A stretch of 64,000 nt of DNA from an uncultured Actinomycetes bacterium (GCA_963812845.1 CAWEWQ010000001.1:1724496-1788495); one strand, 5' to 3'; shown: positions 10,943 to 21,913, counted from the first letter of the stretch. The notes: generated by a model from the sequence alone, not told the origin. Made by a program: numbers and translations.

Positions 10943-11024
10943 GGAGGGGGTGGGACTCCCTCGCCAGACACTCAACATCGAGCCATAGCGAGATGTGTCT
11001 GGGGAGGGAGTCCCCCCCCTCCCC
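10943..11024. repeat. Nested-hairpin intergenic repeat, family 1, copy A
   Basis: G-rich arm 10943-10963, 39-nt core 10964-11002 (ccagacactcaacatcgagccatagcgagatgtgtctgg, itself an 8-bp stem with 23-nt loop), C-rich arm 11003-11024. The core is identical to 21991-22029. The element ends 8 nt from the relA stop. Confidence 0.8.
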
Positions 11025-11032
11025 ACACCCCA

Positions 11033-13292
11033 TCAGGCCCCCGGCGTAACCCGATATGCGTCGAACACAGACTCGACGTTGCGAAGCCGGCCGATGCACT
11101 GCTTCAACTGCTCGGTATCCCCCACCTCGACCACGAACTTGTTCTTGACCATCGGGTGATTGGTCGTGCAGGTGGCGCCGATGATGTTGATCCCCGCCTC
11201 CGAGAAGGTGCGCGAGAGGTCCTCGAGCAGACGGGTGCGGTCGTAGGCGTCGATCTGTAGCTCGACCCGGTAGGAGGCCTCGTTTTCGCCCTGCCAGCGA
11301 ACCTCGACGAAGCGCTCCGGCGCGCGTTTCAGCGCCTTGACGTTCTTGCAGTCGGTGCGGTGGATGGTGATCCCGCGGCCGAGCGAGACGTAACCGGCGA
11401 TCTCGTCGCCCGGCACCGGACGGCAGCACTTGGCCAGCCGCACGGCGACGTTGTCGACGCCCTTGACGATGATCCCGTAGTTGGAGGCGTCCTTGGTGCG
11501 CCGAGCCCGGTCCTCGCGCCCGAGCGGCGCCCCGGCGCCGTCCTCCTCGACCCCCTCGCCCGCTTTCAGGCGCTGCATCAGCTTGTTGGCGGCGGCCTTG
11601 GCAGAGACCTTGCCCTGGCCGAGGGCGATGTAGAAGTCGGTCGCTTTGCGGAACCCCATCTCGCGGATCACGTCCGCCAAGCAGGGCCGATCCGGCCACC
11701 TTCTGCATCGGGATGCCGCGGGTGCGCAGAGCTTCCTCGAGCTTTTCGCGGCCGTCGCGCTCAGCGTCCTCGCGGCGCTCCTCTTTGAACCAGGAGCGGA
11801 TCTTGTTGCGGGCGCGGTTGGTCCGCACCAGTTTCAGCCAGTCGAGCGAGGGGCCGCGCTTCTGCTTCGCGGTCAGCACCTCGACGATGTCGCCGGAGCG
11901 CAGCTGGTAGTGCAGCGGCACGATCGAGCCGTTGACCTTGGCGCCGACGCAACTGTGGCCGACGTCGGTGTGGACCGCGTAGGCGAAGTCGAGCGGCGTC
12001 GAGCCGGCGGAGAGGTTCTTCACTTCGCCCTTCGGGGTGAAGACGAAGACCTCGTCCTCGAAGAGGTCGACCTTGAGCGACTCGAGGAACTCGGCCGGGT
12101 CCTGTTCGCCCTCGGCCTCGACCAGCTGGCGCAGCCAGGTCATCTTCTCCCGCTGCGGGTCGCCTTGAGCACCCTCTTTGTAGGCGACGTGGGCGGCGAT
12201 CCCGTACTCGGCCAGCTTGTGCATCTCCTCGGTCCGGATCTGGATCTCCAGCGGTTTGCCCTCGGGCCCGATCACGGTGGTGTGCAGCGCCTGGTACATG
12301 TTGGCTTTGGGCATCGCCACCCAGTCCTTGAAGCGGCCGGGCAGCGGCTTCCAGATCGAGTGGATGACGCCGATCGCGCCGTAGCAGTCTTTGACCGAGT
12401 GGACGATCACCCGCATCGCCGTCAGGTCGAAGATCTCGTTGAACTCGCGGCCCTTCTTCGCCATCTTCGTGTAGATCGAGTAGAAGTGCTTGGCGCGGCC
12501 GGAGATCTCGGCGTCGATCCCGACCTGCTCCAGCTCCTCGGCGAGGAAATCGCCGGCCTCGGTCACGTATTTCTCGCGCTCGTCGCGCTGCTGGGCGACC
12601 AGCTGTTTGATTTCCGCGTACTTGCGCGGGTGCAGGGTCGCGAAGGCGAGGTCCTCGAGCTCCCATTTGATCGCGTGGATCCCCAGCCGGTGTGCCAGCG
12701 GCGCGTAGATCTCCAGCGTCTCGTGCGACTTCAGCGTCTGTTTCTGCTTCGGCAGGGCGCCGAGCGTGCGCATGTTGTGGAGACGGTCGGCCAGCTTGAT
12801 CAGGATCACCCTGACGTCGGTGGCCATCGCCACCATCATCTTGCGGTAGTTCTCCGCCTGCCGCTCGTCGCGGCTCTCGAAGGTGATCCCGGTCAGCTTG
12901 GTGACGCCGTCGACCAACTGGGCGATCTCCTCGCCGAACTCGTCGCGGATCTCGTCCAGGCTCGCAGTCGTGTCCTCGACCGTGTCGTGGAGCAGCGCCG
13001 CGCAGAGAGTCTCGGTGTCGAGCCGCATCCCGGCGCAGATCTGGGCGACCCCGACGGGGTGGGTGATGAACTCGTCGCCCGAGTAACGACGCTGGTCGGC
13101 GTGCCGGTCGCAGGCGAAATCGAAGGCGCGCTCGACCTTGGCGCGGTCGATCGTCGCCACCGCCAGCGCGGTGGCGCCGTTGCCGTTACCGCCGCCGGCT
13201 TCGGTCGCGGCCGAATCGAACTCCTCGATCACCGCGAAGAGATCGGCGAGGAGATCCTTGTGCGCTACCGCGGTTTCGGTCTTTCGAGATAT
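11033..13292 (-). CDS. relA: Bifunctional (p)ppGpp synthetase/hydrolase RelA/SpoT, one frameshift near 11690
   Basis: HD domain: HPVGVAQICAGMRLDTETLCAALLHDTVEDT. Synthetase domain: AKHFYSIYTKMAKKGREFNEIFDLTAMRVIV, ..YQALHTTVIGPEGKPLEIQIRT. TGS and ACT regions follow. The C-terminal piece is ORF 11033-11680. The start is uncertain: GGAGG lies 7 nt before an ATA at 13292. Confidence 0.9.
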
Positions 13293-13356
13293 TGCTGGGC
13301 CTCCGAAAATCTTTCGTCGTACGCGCGGAAAGCAGCCGAGCGCTGCAGATCCGTCC

Positions 13357-15881
13357 TCACTGAGGATACGACCCGGACGACCCCTGCGCCCCCTTCCGGC
13401 GATCCCTGTAGCGAGGCCGAGCTCGCGCAGTACCCGGAAACGGCGAGCCGCCGCCTCGGGGCAGAGCGGGTAGGCGCCGGACCCGGCCAGCGCCTCCCGC
13501 AACCGGCACCCGCGGGCGTCGCCAGTCTGGCGCAGGGCGCGGTAGGTCTCAGCGACCCCCTCCCGCGTCGCCCACTGCTCGGCCAGCGACCGGACCGCGA
13601 ACTCCAGCTCGGCCTCGCTCCAGAGGACGTGCAGGAAGCCCGGCCGCCGCCTCATCCCATGGGAGGCTCGCCGAAAGCCTCGTCGGAAGCCCCGCGCGGC
13701 GGATCGACGAGGACGACGTGCTCGAAGTCTGCGGCCAGCTCGGGCGCGCGTTCGAGAGCGCGCGAAGTCGGTCAGCGCCAGCCCGCCGCCCTGTCGACCC
13801 GCAAGGGCGGCGATCTCCACGTCCCCGCAGCGATGGCAGGCGATCAGCGCCGCGCCGCCGTTGAACCGCGCAAGCCCGGTGGCACCGTTAGCCAGCGCCG
13901 CCCGCCGCGAAGCGTCCGCGCAGATCGCCAGCACCCCAGCCCCGCTGGAAACCAGCTCCGCAATAGCCACGGTGGCCGGCGCCGAACTTTCGACCAACCG
14001 CCGTCCTCCTTCGCGAGTCCGCGAAAACGGCTCTTCAGGGACCGTTCTCGCGGACTCGGTAACGAGGCCCGCTCCGAGCTCCGATTCGAAGCGTGCCCAC
14101 CAGGCCGCTTCGTCGCGCGAGCAGGCGTGCGGGAGGACGGGCTCCTCGGTGTCCGGCTCCTCCAGCGGATGGAGCTCGCGGAGCACGACCCGGGGCTCGA
14201 CCGAGCCGTTCCAGTGGTTGACCTCGAGGCGGATGCCGGCGTCGAGCAGGTCCTCGTCCTCGACTCCGAGGCCGGTGCGGCCGAAGGCGACTCCGAGGGC
14301 ACGGTGCGAGCCGCTGTGGAGGCTGAAGCGAGAGTGCTTGCCCTCCCCCATCGTCCGCACGTCGCTGACCCGCGCCGACGGGCACCAGCAGCCGCACTCC
14401 GGGGTTGCCCATCCCGAACGGAGCCAGCTGCCGCAGCTCTTCGGCCAGCTCGAGGCCGAGACCGACGCCGCCGACGATCGCGTCGACCTTTTCGGTCCGC
14501 TGCAGGTCCTCCTCGCTCAGCACCTCGTTGGCGTGGGCGGCGAACGCCGCGCCGGAACGCCTCGACGTTCTCGGCCTTGATCTGCAGCCCCGCCGCCGCC
14601 CGGTGCCCGCCGAAGCCCTCGAGGTGCTCGGCGCACGCCTCGAGCGCACCGAGCAGGTCGAAGCCGGAGATGCTGCGCCCGGAACCGCGCCCGTTTCCGT
14701 CCCCGTCCAGCGAGATGACGACCACCGGCCGGCAGTGGCGCTCGACCAGCCGCGAGGCGACGATCCCGACCACGCCGGGGTGCCAGTCCTCGCCGGCCAG
14801 CGACCAGCCCACGCGCTTCCCGCATCTCCTCGGGCAGCTCCCGCCGCGCCGCCTCGGCCGCGGCGTCGACCTCGCGCTCGGTCGCCCGGCGCTCGGAGTT
14901 GGCGCGGCTGAGCTCGACCGCGATCGCCCCGGCCCGCTCGGGATCGTCGGTGAGCAACAGCTCGACACCGGCATCTGCCCGATACAGACGGCCCGCGGCG
15001 TTGATCCGCGGCGCCAGTCGGAAACCGAGATCGCTCTCGTCCAGACCGCTCCGGGTCGCATTTCGAAACCTCCAGCAGAGCACGTATTCCCGGTCGCTGC
15101 GCCCGCCTGATCTCCGCAAGCCCTTTCCGCACAAGCGCGCGGTTCTCACCCACCAGCGGAACCACGTCGGCGACCGTCGCCAGCGCCACCAGGTCCAGAT
15201 CGGGCCCAGAGGCGGCATCAGCAGGACCTACTTGGCTTGTGGGTCCTGCTGATGCCGCCTCCCGCAAAGCGCAGACAAGCTTCCAAGCCACCGCCGTCCC
15301 GCAAAGGGCCTTAAAGGGGTACCCGCTGACTTCGCGGATGCAGGATCGTGCAGTCGGGCAGCGCCGCCGCCTGCTGATGGTGGTCGGTGACGATCACCTC
15401 CATTCCAAGCTCGCCGCGCCAGCGCCACCTCCTCGACGGAGGTGATCCCGCAGTCGACCGTCAGCAGCAGCCGGGTCCCCCGCTCCGCCAGCCGTCTGAC
15501 GTTCTCGGCCGAGAGCCCGTAGCCGTCCTCGAGCCGGTCGGGGATGAACCAGTCGCACTCGGCGCCCAGCACGCGCAGGGTCGAAACCATCAGCGCCGTA
15601 GCGCAGACGCCGTCGACGTCGAAGTCGCCGTGGACGGTGATCCGGTGCCCCGACCCGATCGCGCCGCGAACCCGCTCGACCGCCGCATCCATGCCCGTGA
15701 AGGCCGACGGCGGGTGCGACTCGTCCGCGGCGAGGAAGGAGCGGGCCTGCTCCGGCGTCCGGTACCCCCGGCGGACGAGGGTGACCGCCACCGGGTCGCT
15801 CAGGCCGAGATCCTCGGCGAGGGCATGCGCCTCTGCGTAGGAGTAGGGCTCGACCGCAAATGGGCTGGCACTATCCGGCAC
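13357..15881 (-). CDS. recJ: Single-stranded-DNA-specific exonuclease RecJ, multiple frameshifts; 3' end approximate
   Basis: N-terminus (ORF 15228-15881): ..RITVHGDFDVDGVCATALMV..FIPDRLEDGYGLS..LLLTVDCGITS. Later pieces: ..DLVALATVADVVPLVGENRALV.., ..FRLAPRINAAGRL.., ..HPGVVGIVASRLVE.., ..GFGGHRAAAGL.., ..FGMGNPGV... Confidence 0.8.
15209..15261. repeat. Perfect 20-bp inverted repeat (13-nt loop) inside the recJ coding region
   Basis: gaggcggcatcagcaggacc (15209-15228) pairs with ggtcctgctgatgccgcctc (15242-15261). It is read in frame as ..REAASAGPTSQVGPADAASGP... Confidence 0.85.
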
Positions 15882-15956
15882 GCTTCCCAGGCTAGGAAGC
15901 GGTGCGGCGGAACCGGGGCGCTCCGGAGTGCCGAAGATGCGGCGAAAACCCGCGGC

Positions 15957-16225
15957 TCAGCCGACCGGCTCTTCGGACCGGACGCCGATCGCGTAGACGA
16001 TCGCCAAGCCCGATCAGAGGTCCCCGGCACCGCGATCAGCGCCGTCGAGAGATCGGTGTCGCCGAGGCCCTTGCCGCTCGCCTCCTGGACGATCATCCCG
16101 AAGACGATCGAGCCGAGGACCGCGCCGATGAAGGCACCGACGATTCCCTGCCAGAAGCGATCGGGCAGGAACACCGTGAAGTGCCAGAGCGCGATTCCCA
16201 TGATGAAGAAGACGAGGAGTGCCAT
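15957..16225 (-). CDS. Small integral membrane protein (about 89 aa), frameshifted
   Basis: MALLVFFIMGIALWHFTVFLPDRFWQGIVGAFIGAVLGSIVFGMIVQ.. then ..LIGLAIVYAIGVRSEEPVG* after frame correction. It lies 6 nt downstream of the secF stop. Confidence 0.4.
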
Positions 16226-16230
16226 CAGAT

Positions 16231-17492
16231 CTACGAACGCCTCCCGTGCTTGCGTCGTGCTTGTCGGCGGGCGCGGCGCTCGGCGTTGCGCTGACGGCGC
16301 TCGGCCGAGGCCGAGGCGGCGGCCTCGGTGTCGCCGTTGGTGAGAGATCCGGTGCCGGCGCCGTTGCCGGAGTCGTCGAGACGCTCGGCCGTGGCCACCG
16401 CCCCCGCGGTCGGCTCCACCGCCGGAGCCTCGACCTCGGTCGGCGTGCCCGCTTCCGCCTCGTCGTCGCGTCCGCAGCTCCGCCATCTCGATGTCGTCGG
16501 CGTAGGCCGGAACGCGACCGCCCTCGACTTCGGCGATCCGCAGGCGGCGGCGGACGAAGCCCGGCTCGCGTTCCTTCCAAGCGGTCAGCACCGGCGAGGC
16601 GATGAAGATCGAGGAGTAGGTACCGGAGGCGATCCCGACCAGCATCGCGAAGGCGAAGTCCTGGAGGATGGCGCCGCCGAAGACGAGCAGGGACGTCACG
16701 CCCAGCAGGGTCGAGAAGCTGGTCGCGAGCGAACGGGTCAGGACCTCGCTCATCGAGCGGTTGACGATCTGCGAGAAGGCGGCCCGCGGCATCCGCGGCA
16801 CGTTCTCGCGGATCCGGTCGAAGACGATGATCGTGTCGTAGATCGAGTAGCCCAAGATCGTCAGGAAGGCGGCGACCGTACCGCTGCTCACCTCTTTTCC
16901 GGTCAACGAGTAGACGCCCGCCGTGATCAGGATGTCGTGGAAGATCGCGATCAGGACCGGGACGGCGAACTTCGGGTCGAAGCGCAGCGCCACGTAGCCG
17001 CAGATCACCAGCATCGAGAAGATCAGCGCCTTCAGCGCGCTGTCGGCCACCTGTTGGCCGAAGGTCGGGCCGACGCTGGTGCTGTCGAACCCTTCGCTGA
17101 CGACGCCGAACTTGTCGATCAGCGCCGATTCGGCGTCGCGCACTTCGCCCGGCTCCAGTTCGTGCGACTGGATCTGGAAGACGTTGCTGCCGAAGTTCGG
17201 GTCGTCGACCTGCTGGATCTCCTCGCCGCTCGATCCCGGCTTCGTCGAGCGCCTGGCGCACCCCTTCCTCGTCGGTCGGCTTCTGCAGGGCGGCGGTGAT
17301 CCGGGTACCCGACTCGAAGTCGATGCCGAAGTTGAGCTGCTTCGTCGCCAGGGCAAAACCGCCGATCAGCAGGATCACGCCGGAGATCGAGAAGAACCAG
17401 CGGCTCGCCCCCATGAAGTCAAAGTGCCAGCGCCGGCCCTCGCCACGGGCGCCCAGCGCCGCCGGAGAGCGGAGCAGGCGAGAACGGCTCAT
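16231..17492 (-). CDS. secF: Protein translocase subunit SecF (possibly fused with SecD), frameshifted
   Basis: ..FDFMGASRWFFSISGVILLIGGFALATKQLNFGIDFESGT.., ..ALIFSMLVICGYVALRF..IFHDILITAGVYSL..AAFLTILGYSIYDTIIVFDRIREN... An acidic/basic tail ends at 16231. Confidence 0.85.
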
Positions 17493-19181
17493 GCGTGCCC
17501 AGCAGCGCCTGCGTGAAGACCACCGCGGTCAGCAGCGAGACGATCGTGCCGACCCCGAGGGTGAAGGCGAACCCCTTGACGCCCGCGGTCGCCAGGACGA
17601 AGAGGATGAAGGCGGTCAGCAGGGTGACGACGTTGGCGTCGATGATCGTGCTGATGCCGCGTTTGTAGCCGGCGCTGATCGCGCTCGACATCGAGCGTCC
17701 CGCCCGCACCTCCTCCTTTATTCGCTCGAAGATGACGATGTTCGAGTCGGCGGCGACGCCGATCGTCAGCACCAGCCCGGCGATCCCCGGCAGGGTCAGG
17801 GTGATCGGGATCAGGTCGATCAGGGCGAAGAAGATCACCGCGTAGGCGCCGAGCGCGATCGAGGCGATCAGGCCGAGGAAGCGGTAGTAGAGGAGCAGGA
17901 AGACGATCACCAGCGCGAGGCCGACGATCCCGGCTTTGACGCCCTCGTGGAGGGCTTCGCTGCCGAGGGTCGCCGAGACCTGGGTCTGGCTGATCAGCTT
18001 GAGGCTGATCGGCAGGGCGCCGATCTGCAGGGTCGTCGCCAGTTCCTGCGCCTCGTCGACGCTTCTGAAGCCGCCGGAGATCTGGGCCCCCTGGCGCCCG
18101 TCGATGCCGTCCGGGTTTTCGGAGAAGTTGATGATCGGCCGGGTTTTGACTTCGTTGTCGAGGACGACGGCGAAGTGACCGGAGAGCTGTTCGGCTTCTT
18201 GGCCGGCGACCGGGCCGATCGCCTGGGCCTGGCCGCGCTGGGCGATCTTGCGGGTCACTTCCTGGAAGGCGCTCTGGCCCGTGTCGGTGAAGCCGAAGGA
18301 GACGACCGGTTCGTTGTTGGGCCCGTAGGTCTGTTCGGGGTTGGTGATGTCGTTGCCGCTCAGCGCCGGTTCGTCTTTGAGCGCGTACCAGCCGGGATCG
18401 GCGTCTTCGATCGTTTCCCCGTTTTCGTCACTGGGAAGTTCGGACACCAGGACGGTTCCCGCCGGAACTTCGACGACGATCCCGTCATGCGAGCGTTTTT
18501 TGCCGGTGGCGCTGATGTAGAGGTCCTTTTTCGCCAGCTCAGGCCCGGCGATCAGGTCATGCGGCTCGGCCTTCTCGAAGAGGTAGTAGCGGGGCTTGGC
18601 GACCGAGCACTGTTCGCAGTTCTCGACCGGCTTCTGTTCGGCGGCGAGCTGGGCGGCTTCGTAGGCGGTCGGGTAGGCGCCGGAGAAGATCAGCCGTTTG
18701 TTCTCTTCTTTGGCGATGTTGCGGCCGGCTTCTTCCCAGCGTTTTTCCGATGCTTTGAGGGGACCGGCGGGGGGCTGGATGCCAGGCTTGCCGCCGATCA
18801 CGCGCTCCGGGCCGAGCAGGTTCGTCTCCCAGTCGTAGTAGTAGAGCTGGGCGGTGGTCCCGACCTGGTCGGCGGCGCGGTGCGCGTCGGTGACGCCGGG
18901 CAGGCTGACCGTGATCTGGTCGACGCCCGAGGCGCGCCACCTCGGGCTCGGAGACGCCGAGCTTGTTGATCCGCTGTTCGATGATCGAGATCGAGTCCTC
19001 GATGTCTTCGCCGGAGACTTCGTCGCTGGTGCCGGTCGGCTGCCCCTGGTAGACGAGCTCGAGGCCGCCCTGGAGGTCGAGGCCGAGCTTCGTTTCCTGC
19101 TTCGGCGATGACGATGCCGGAGACGACCACGAGGCCGAGGACGAAGAGCAGGATGAAGAGGTGCCGGCGCCGGTTGCCCAT
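17419..19181 (-). CDS. secD: Protein translocase subunit SecD, frameshifted near the N-terminus
   Basis: MGNRRRHLFILLFVLGLVVVSG.., ..LGLDLQGGLELVYQ.., ..IVGLALVIVFLLLYYRFLGLIASIALGAY..GIAGLVLTIGVAADSNIVIFERIKEE... Confidence 0.85.
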
Positions 19182-19185
19182 CGGC

Positions 19186-19674
19186 CTATCCCTCCGGAGT
19201 GAGGACGAGGAGGAGCCCGCCGTCGTCGTCGTAGGCGGGGAAGACGTCGGCGACCGCCTTTGCCGGCAGGTCGCCCTCGGCGTTCACCGAGACCCGTTTG
19301 CCGAGCGAGCGGACGCCCCACTCGAGAGAGGTCTCGATCGGGTCGCTGACCCCGTCGCCGTTGCTGTCGGCCTCCTCGCCGCCGTCGCCGGGGTCGATCC
19401 AGTCGAGCCCGAGGACCTCGCGCACCGGGCGGCCGATCACGTCCTCGTCGGTCAGCCCGGTCAGCTCGAAGCTGCCTTTGCCTGCGTCGATCACGCGTTC
19501 CTGCTTATCACAGACGAAAAAGGCGGCATTGGGAGCCGGATAATAATCGTCGAGTAATTCGAAGACAAAGCCGAAGCCGCATTTCGAGCAGCCCTTCGGA
19601 CGGGTGCTGAACCCCGCGGTCCTCTCCCCGCTCACCTCCCGGTGTCCGCAATTCGGACAGATGAAAAACGGCAT
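19186..19674 (-). CDS. Zinc-ribbon plus PAS-like domain protein (hypothetical), intact
   Basis: CPNCGH..(17 aa)..CSKCGF, then FFVCDKQERVIDAGKGSFELTGLTDEDVIGRPVREVLG (PAS-like). It lies 4 nt upstream of secD and 24 nt downstream of ruvB. Confidence 0.55.
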   Translation of the reverse strand: MPFFICPNCGHREVSGERTAGFSTRPKGCSKCGFGFVFELLDDYYPAPNAAFFVCDKQERVIDAGKGSFELTGLTDEDVIGRPVREVLGLDWIDPGDGGEEADSNGDGVSDPIETSLEWGVRSLGKRVSVNAEGDLPAKAVADVFPAYDDDGGLLLVLTPEG

Positions 19675-19698
19675 GTTCGACAGGCTAGCGGGAGGGTC

Positions 19699-20790
19699 TC
19701 AAAAGAGGCTTGCCGCACCTTCGGGGGCAGGTAGGCCGAGATGATCGAAAGCGCGCTGAGTCAGCACCCGGCCCCGCGGGGTCCGCTTCAACAAGCCCTG
19801 TTGCAACAGGTAGGGCTCGAGCACGTCCTCGATCGTGTCCTGCTCCTCGCCGATCGCGATCGCCAGGGTCGAGAGGCCGACGGGACCGCCGCCGAACTTC
19901 GTCGCGATCAGGTCGAGCAGGGCGCGGTCGCTGCGGTCGAGCCCGCCGGCGTCGACCTCGAGCATCTCCAGGGCGTCGGCCGCCTCGCGGGCGCCGATCC
20001 GGCCGCTGCCCTTGACCTGGGCGAAGTCGCGCACCCGCTTGAGAAGGCGGTTGGCGACGCGCGGCGTCCCGCGCGAGCGGGACGCGATCGTCTCCGCCCC
20101 CGCCGGGTCGATCTCGACGCCGAGGATCCCGGCCGAGCGCTGGACGATCAGCGCCAGGTGCCCGGCCTCGTAGTACTCGAGCCGGTGGGAGACGCCGAAG
20201 CGGTCGCGCAGAGGAGTCGTCAGCAGGCCGGAGCGGGTCGTCGCGCCGATCAGGGTGAACGGCGGCAGCGGCAGCGTCACCGTGCGGGCGCCCGCACCCT
20301 GGCCCAGCACGACCGGCAGCTCACCGTCCTCCATGGCCGGATAGAGGGTCTCCTCGACCGCGCGCCCGAGACGGTGAATCTCGTCGATGAAGAAGACGCT
20401 TCCCGGCTCCAGGGCGGTGAGGAAGGAGGCGACGTCGGCCTTGCGCTCGAGAGCCGGCCCGGCCGTCTGCACCATCGAGACGCCGAGCTCGGCGGCGACG
20501 ATGTGGGCGAGCGAGGTCTTGCCCAGACCCGGCGGACCCGCGAGAAGAACATGGTCCAGGGGCTCGCCGCGACCCTTCGCCGCTTCGATGAAGACCGTGA
20601 GCTGCTCGGTCACCTGCTGCTGGTTGACGAAGTCCGCGAGGGTCGGCGGGCGTAGGGAGCGGTCGAGGTCCTCGTCGGGCGCCTCGGCTCGCGCGTCGTG
20701 GACTTTGACCTCGGCGTCGACCGGCACCGGCTCGCCCTCGATGCCGGGGGTGCGAATGCGATTGCCGCCGATCTCCGGACCTTCGCTCAT
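19699..20790 (-). CDS. ruvB: Holliday junction branch migration ATPase RuvB
   Basis: Intact 363-aa ORF with [14 protein letters not shown] (Walker A), [10 protein letters not shown] (Walker B) and ..[21 protein letters not shown]... Confidence 0.95.
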   Translation of the reverse strand: MSEGPEIGGNRIRTPGIEGEPVPVDAEVKVHDARAEAPDEDLDRSLRPPTLADFVNQQQVTEQLTVFIEAAKGRGEPLDHVLLAGPPGLGKTSLAHIVAAELGVSMVQTAGPALERKADVASFLTALEPGSVFFIDEIHRLGRAVEETLYPAMEDGELPVVLGQGAGARTVTLPLPPFTLIGATTRSGLLTTPLRDRFGVSHRLEYYEAGHLALIVQRSAGILGVEIDPAGAETIASRSRGTPRVANRLLKRVRDFAQVKGSGRIGAREAADALEMLEVDAGGLDRSDRALLDLIATKFGGGPVGLSTLAIAIGEEQDTIEDVLEPYLLQQGLLKRTPRGRVLTQRAFDHLGLPAPEGAASLF

Positions 20791-21380
20791 GCCGCGTTCC
20801 TCGAAGTTCCGGCTTTGCGCAGCGCCGCGGCAACCAGTTCCTCGGGCTCGGAGCCCTCAACCCCGTCGAGGAGCTGCTCGGCCTCCAGCGGCGCGTAGCC
20901 GAGATTGACGAGCCCGTCGCGGGCGAGCGTCCTTGCGTCGCCCTCCGCGGCGCCGACGGCGACCTCCTCCTCCAAGGCCCCGGCCACCTTCTCCCGCAGC
21001 TCGACGATGATCCGTTCCGCGGTCCGTTTGCCGATCCCGGGAACCGCCTGGAAGCGCTTGGCGTCGCCGGCCGCGATCGCCCGCAGGAGATCGCGGTGGG
21101 TGCCGCCGGAGAGGGTCGCGATCGCCACTTTCGGGCCGACGCCGCTGACGGTGATCAGAAGCCGGAAGAGGTCGCGCTCCTCCTCGGAGGAGAAGCCGTA
21201 GAGGGAGAGCGAGTCCTCGCGCGAGATCAGCTCGGCGTGGAGGAAGGCGTCGCGACCGGTGGCGGGTACGGCTTTCAGCGTCTCCGAGGAGACCGTGAGC
21301 CGGTAGCCGACGCCGCCGGCGTCGATGACGACGTGGTCGGGCCGTCGCACCATCACCTCGCCCCGCACCGCGGCGATCAT
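20787..21380 (-). CDS. ruvA: Holliday junction DNA helicase subunit RuvA
   Basis: Intact 197-aa ORF: [45 protein letters not shown] 4-nt overlap occurs at each end with ruvC and ruvB. Confidence 0.95.
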   Translation of the reverse strand: MIAAVRGEVMVRRPDHVVIDAGGVGYRLTVSSETLKAVPATGRDAFLHAELISREDSLSLYGFSSEEERDLFRLLITVSGVGPKVAIATLSGGTHRDLLRAIAAGDAKRFQAVPGIGKRTAERIIVELREKVAGALEEEVAVGAAEGDARTLARDGLVNLGYAPLEAEQLLDGVEGSEPEELVAAALRKAGTSRNAA

Positions 21381-21913
21381 CCGGCGATCCGCTCCCCGCG
21401 GCCGGCGGTCGCTTCCTTCGCCACCGCGACAGCGCGCTGGTGGCCGTCGGCGCCACCGTGGCAGATCGCAACGGCCAGAGCGTCGGCGGCGTGATCGGGA
21501 GTCGGCGGCTCCGGCAGCCCGAGCAGGGTGCCGACCATGCGCTGGACCTGCTTCTTGCCGGCCGCGCCGGAGCCGCAGACGGCCATCTTGATCGCCTGCG
21601 GCGTGTAGGCGAAGCAGTCGACGCCATGCTCGGCTGCCGCCAGCATCGCCACGCCGCTGGCCTGGCCGACGGCCATCGCCGAGCGAACGTTCTTGCCGAA
21701 GAAGACCTCCTCGATCGCCATCGCCCGTGGCTCGTGCCAGGAGATCAGCTCCTTCAAAGACCTGTGAATCCGCTCCAGGCGCCGCTCCAGCGGCAGATCG
21801 GGCGTCGTCTCAACCACCCCTCCGTCGAGGGCCACCATCCGGTTCCCCTCCACCCGCACGATCCCAAAACCAAGATTGGCCGCGCCCGGATCGATGCCCA
21901 TCACCACCTGCAT
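21377..21913 (-). CDS. ruvC: Crossover junction endodeoxyribonuclease RuvC
   Basis: Intact 178-aa ORF: VMGIDPGAANLGFGIV..MAIEEVFFGKNVRSA..DHAADALAVAICH. Confidence 0.95.
   Translation of the reverse strand: MQVVMGIDPGAANLGFGIVRVEGNRMVALDGGVVETTPDLPLERRLERIHRSLKELISWHEPRAMAIEEVFFGKNVRSAMAVGQASGVAMLAAAEHGVDCFAYTPQAIKMAVCGSGAAGKKQVQRMVGTLLGLPEPPTPDHAADALAVAICHGGADGHQRAVAVAKEATAGRGERIAG

Noticed and set aside
10943-11024. G-runs in the repeat arms as G-quadruplex motifs
   Set aside because: The G-runs are fully complementary to the C-runs of the opposite arm, so duplex hairpin formation explains them. Four regularly spaced G-tracts are not present on one arm.
10938-14360. Giant ORFs that look like multi-domain fusion proteins (also 2807-5053, 3994-5985, 51759-53606, 54524-57298, 56679-58382, 58217-60478, 49407-51686)
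   Set aside because: Each is a chimera of two or three neighbouring genes read through in a frame that lacks stops, because of indels and GC bias. Only part of each translation is protein-like. They were split into the individual genes listed.
11646-15110. 1154-aa plus-strand ORF, the longest in the track
   Set aside because: It is antisense to relA and recJ, whose motifs are unambiguous. Its translation is Arg/Gly/Pro/Ala-rich low-complexity with no motifs, the usual long antisense ORF of a very GC-rich genome. The same applies to 27379-29637(-), 15387-16343(+), 17296-18969(+), 22022-22828(+), 43519-45354(-) and many others.
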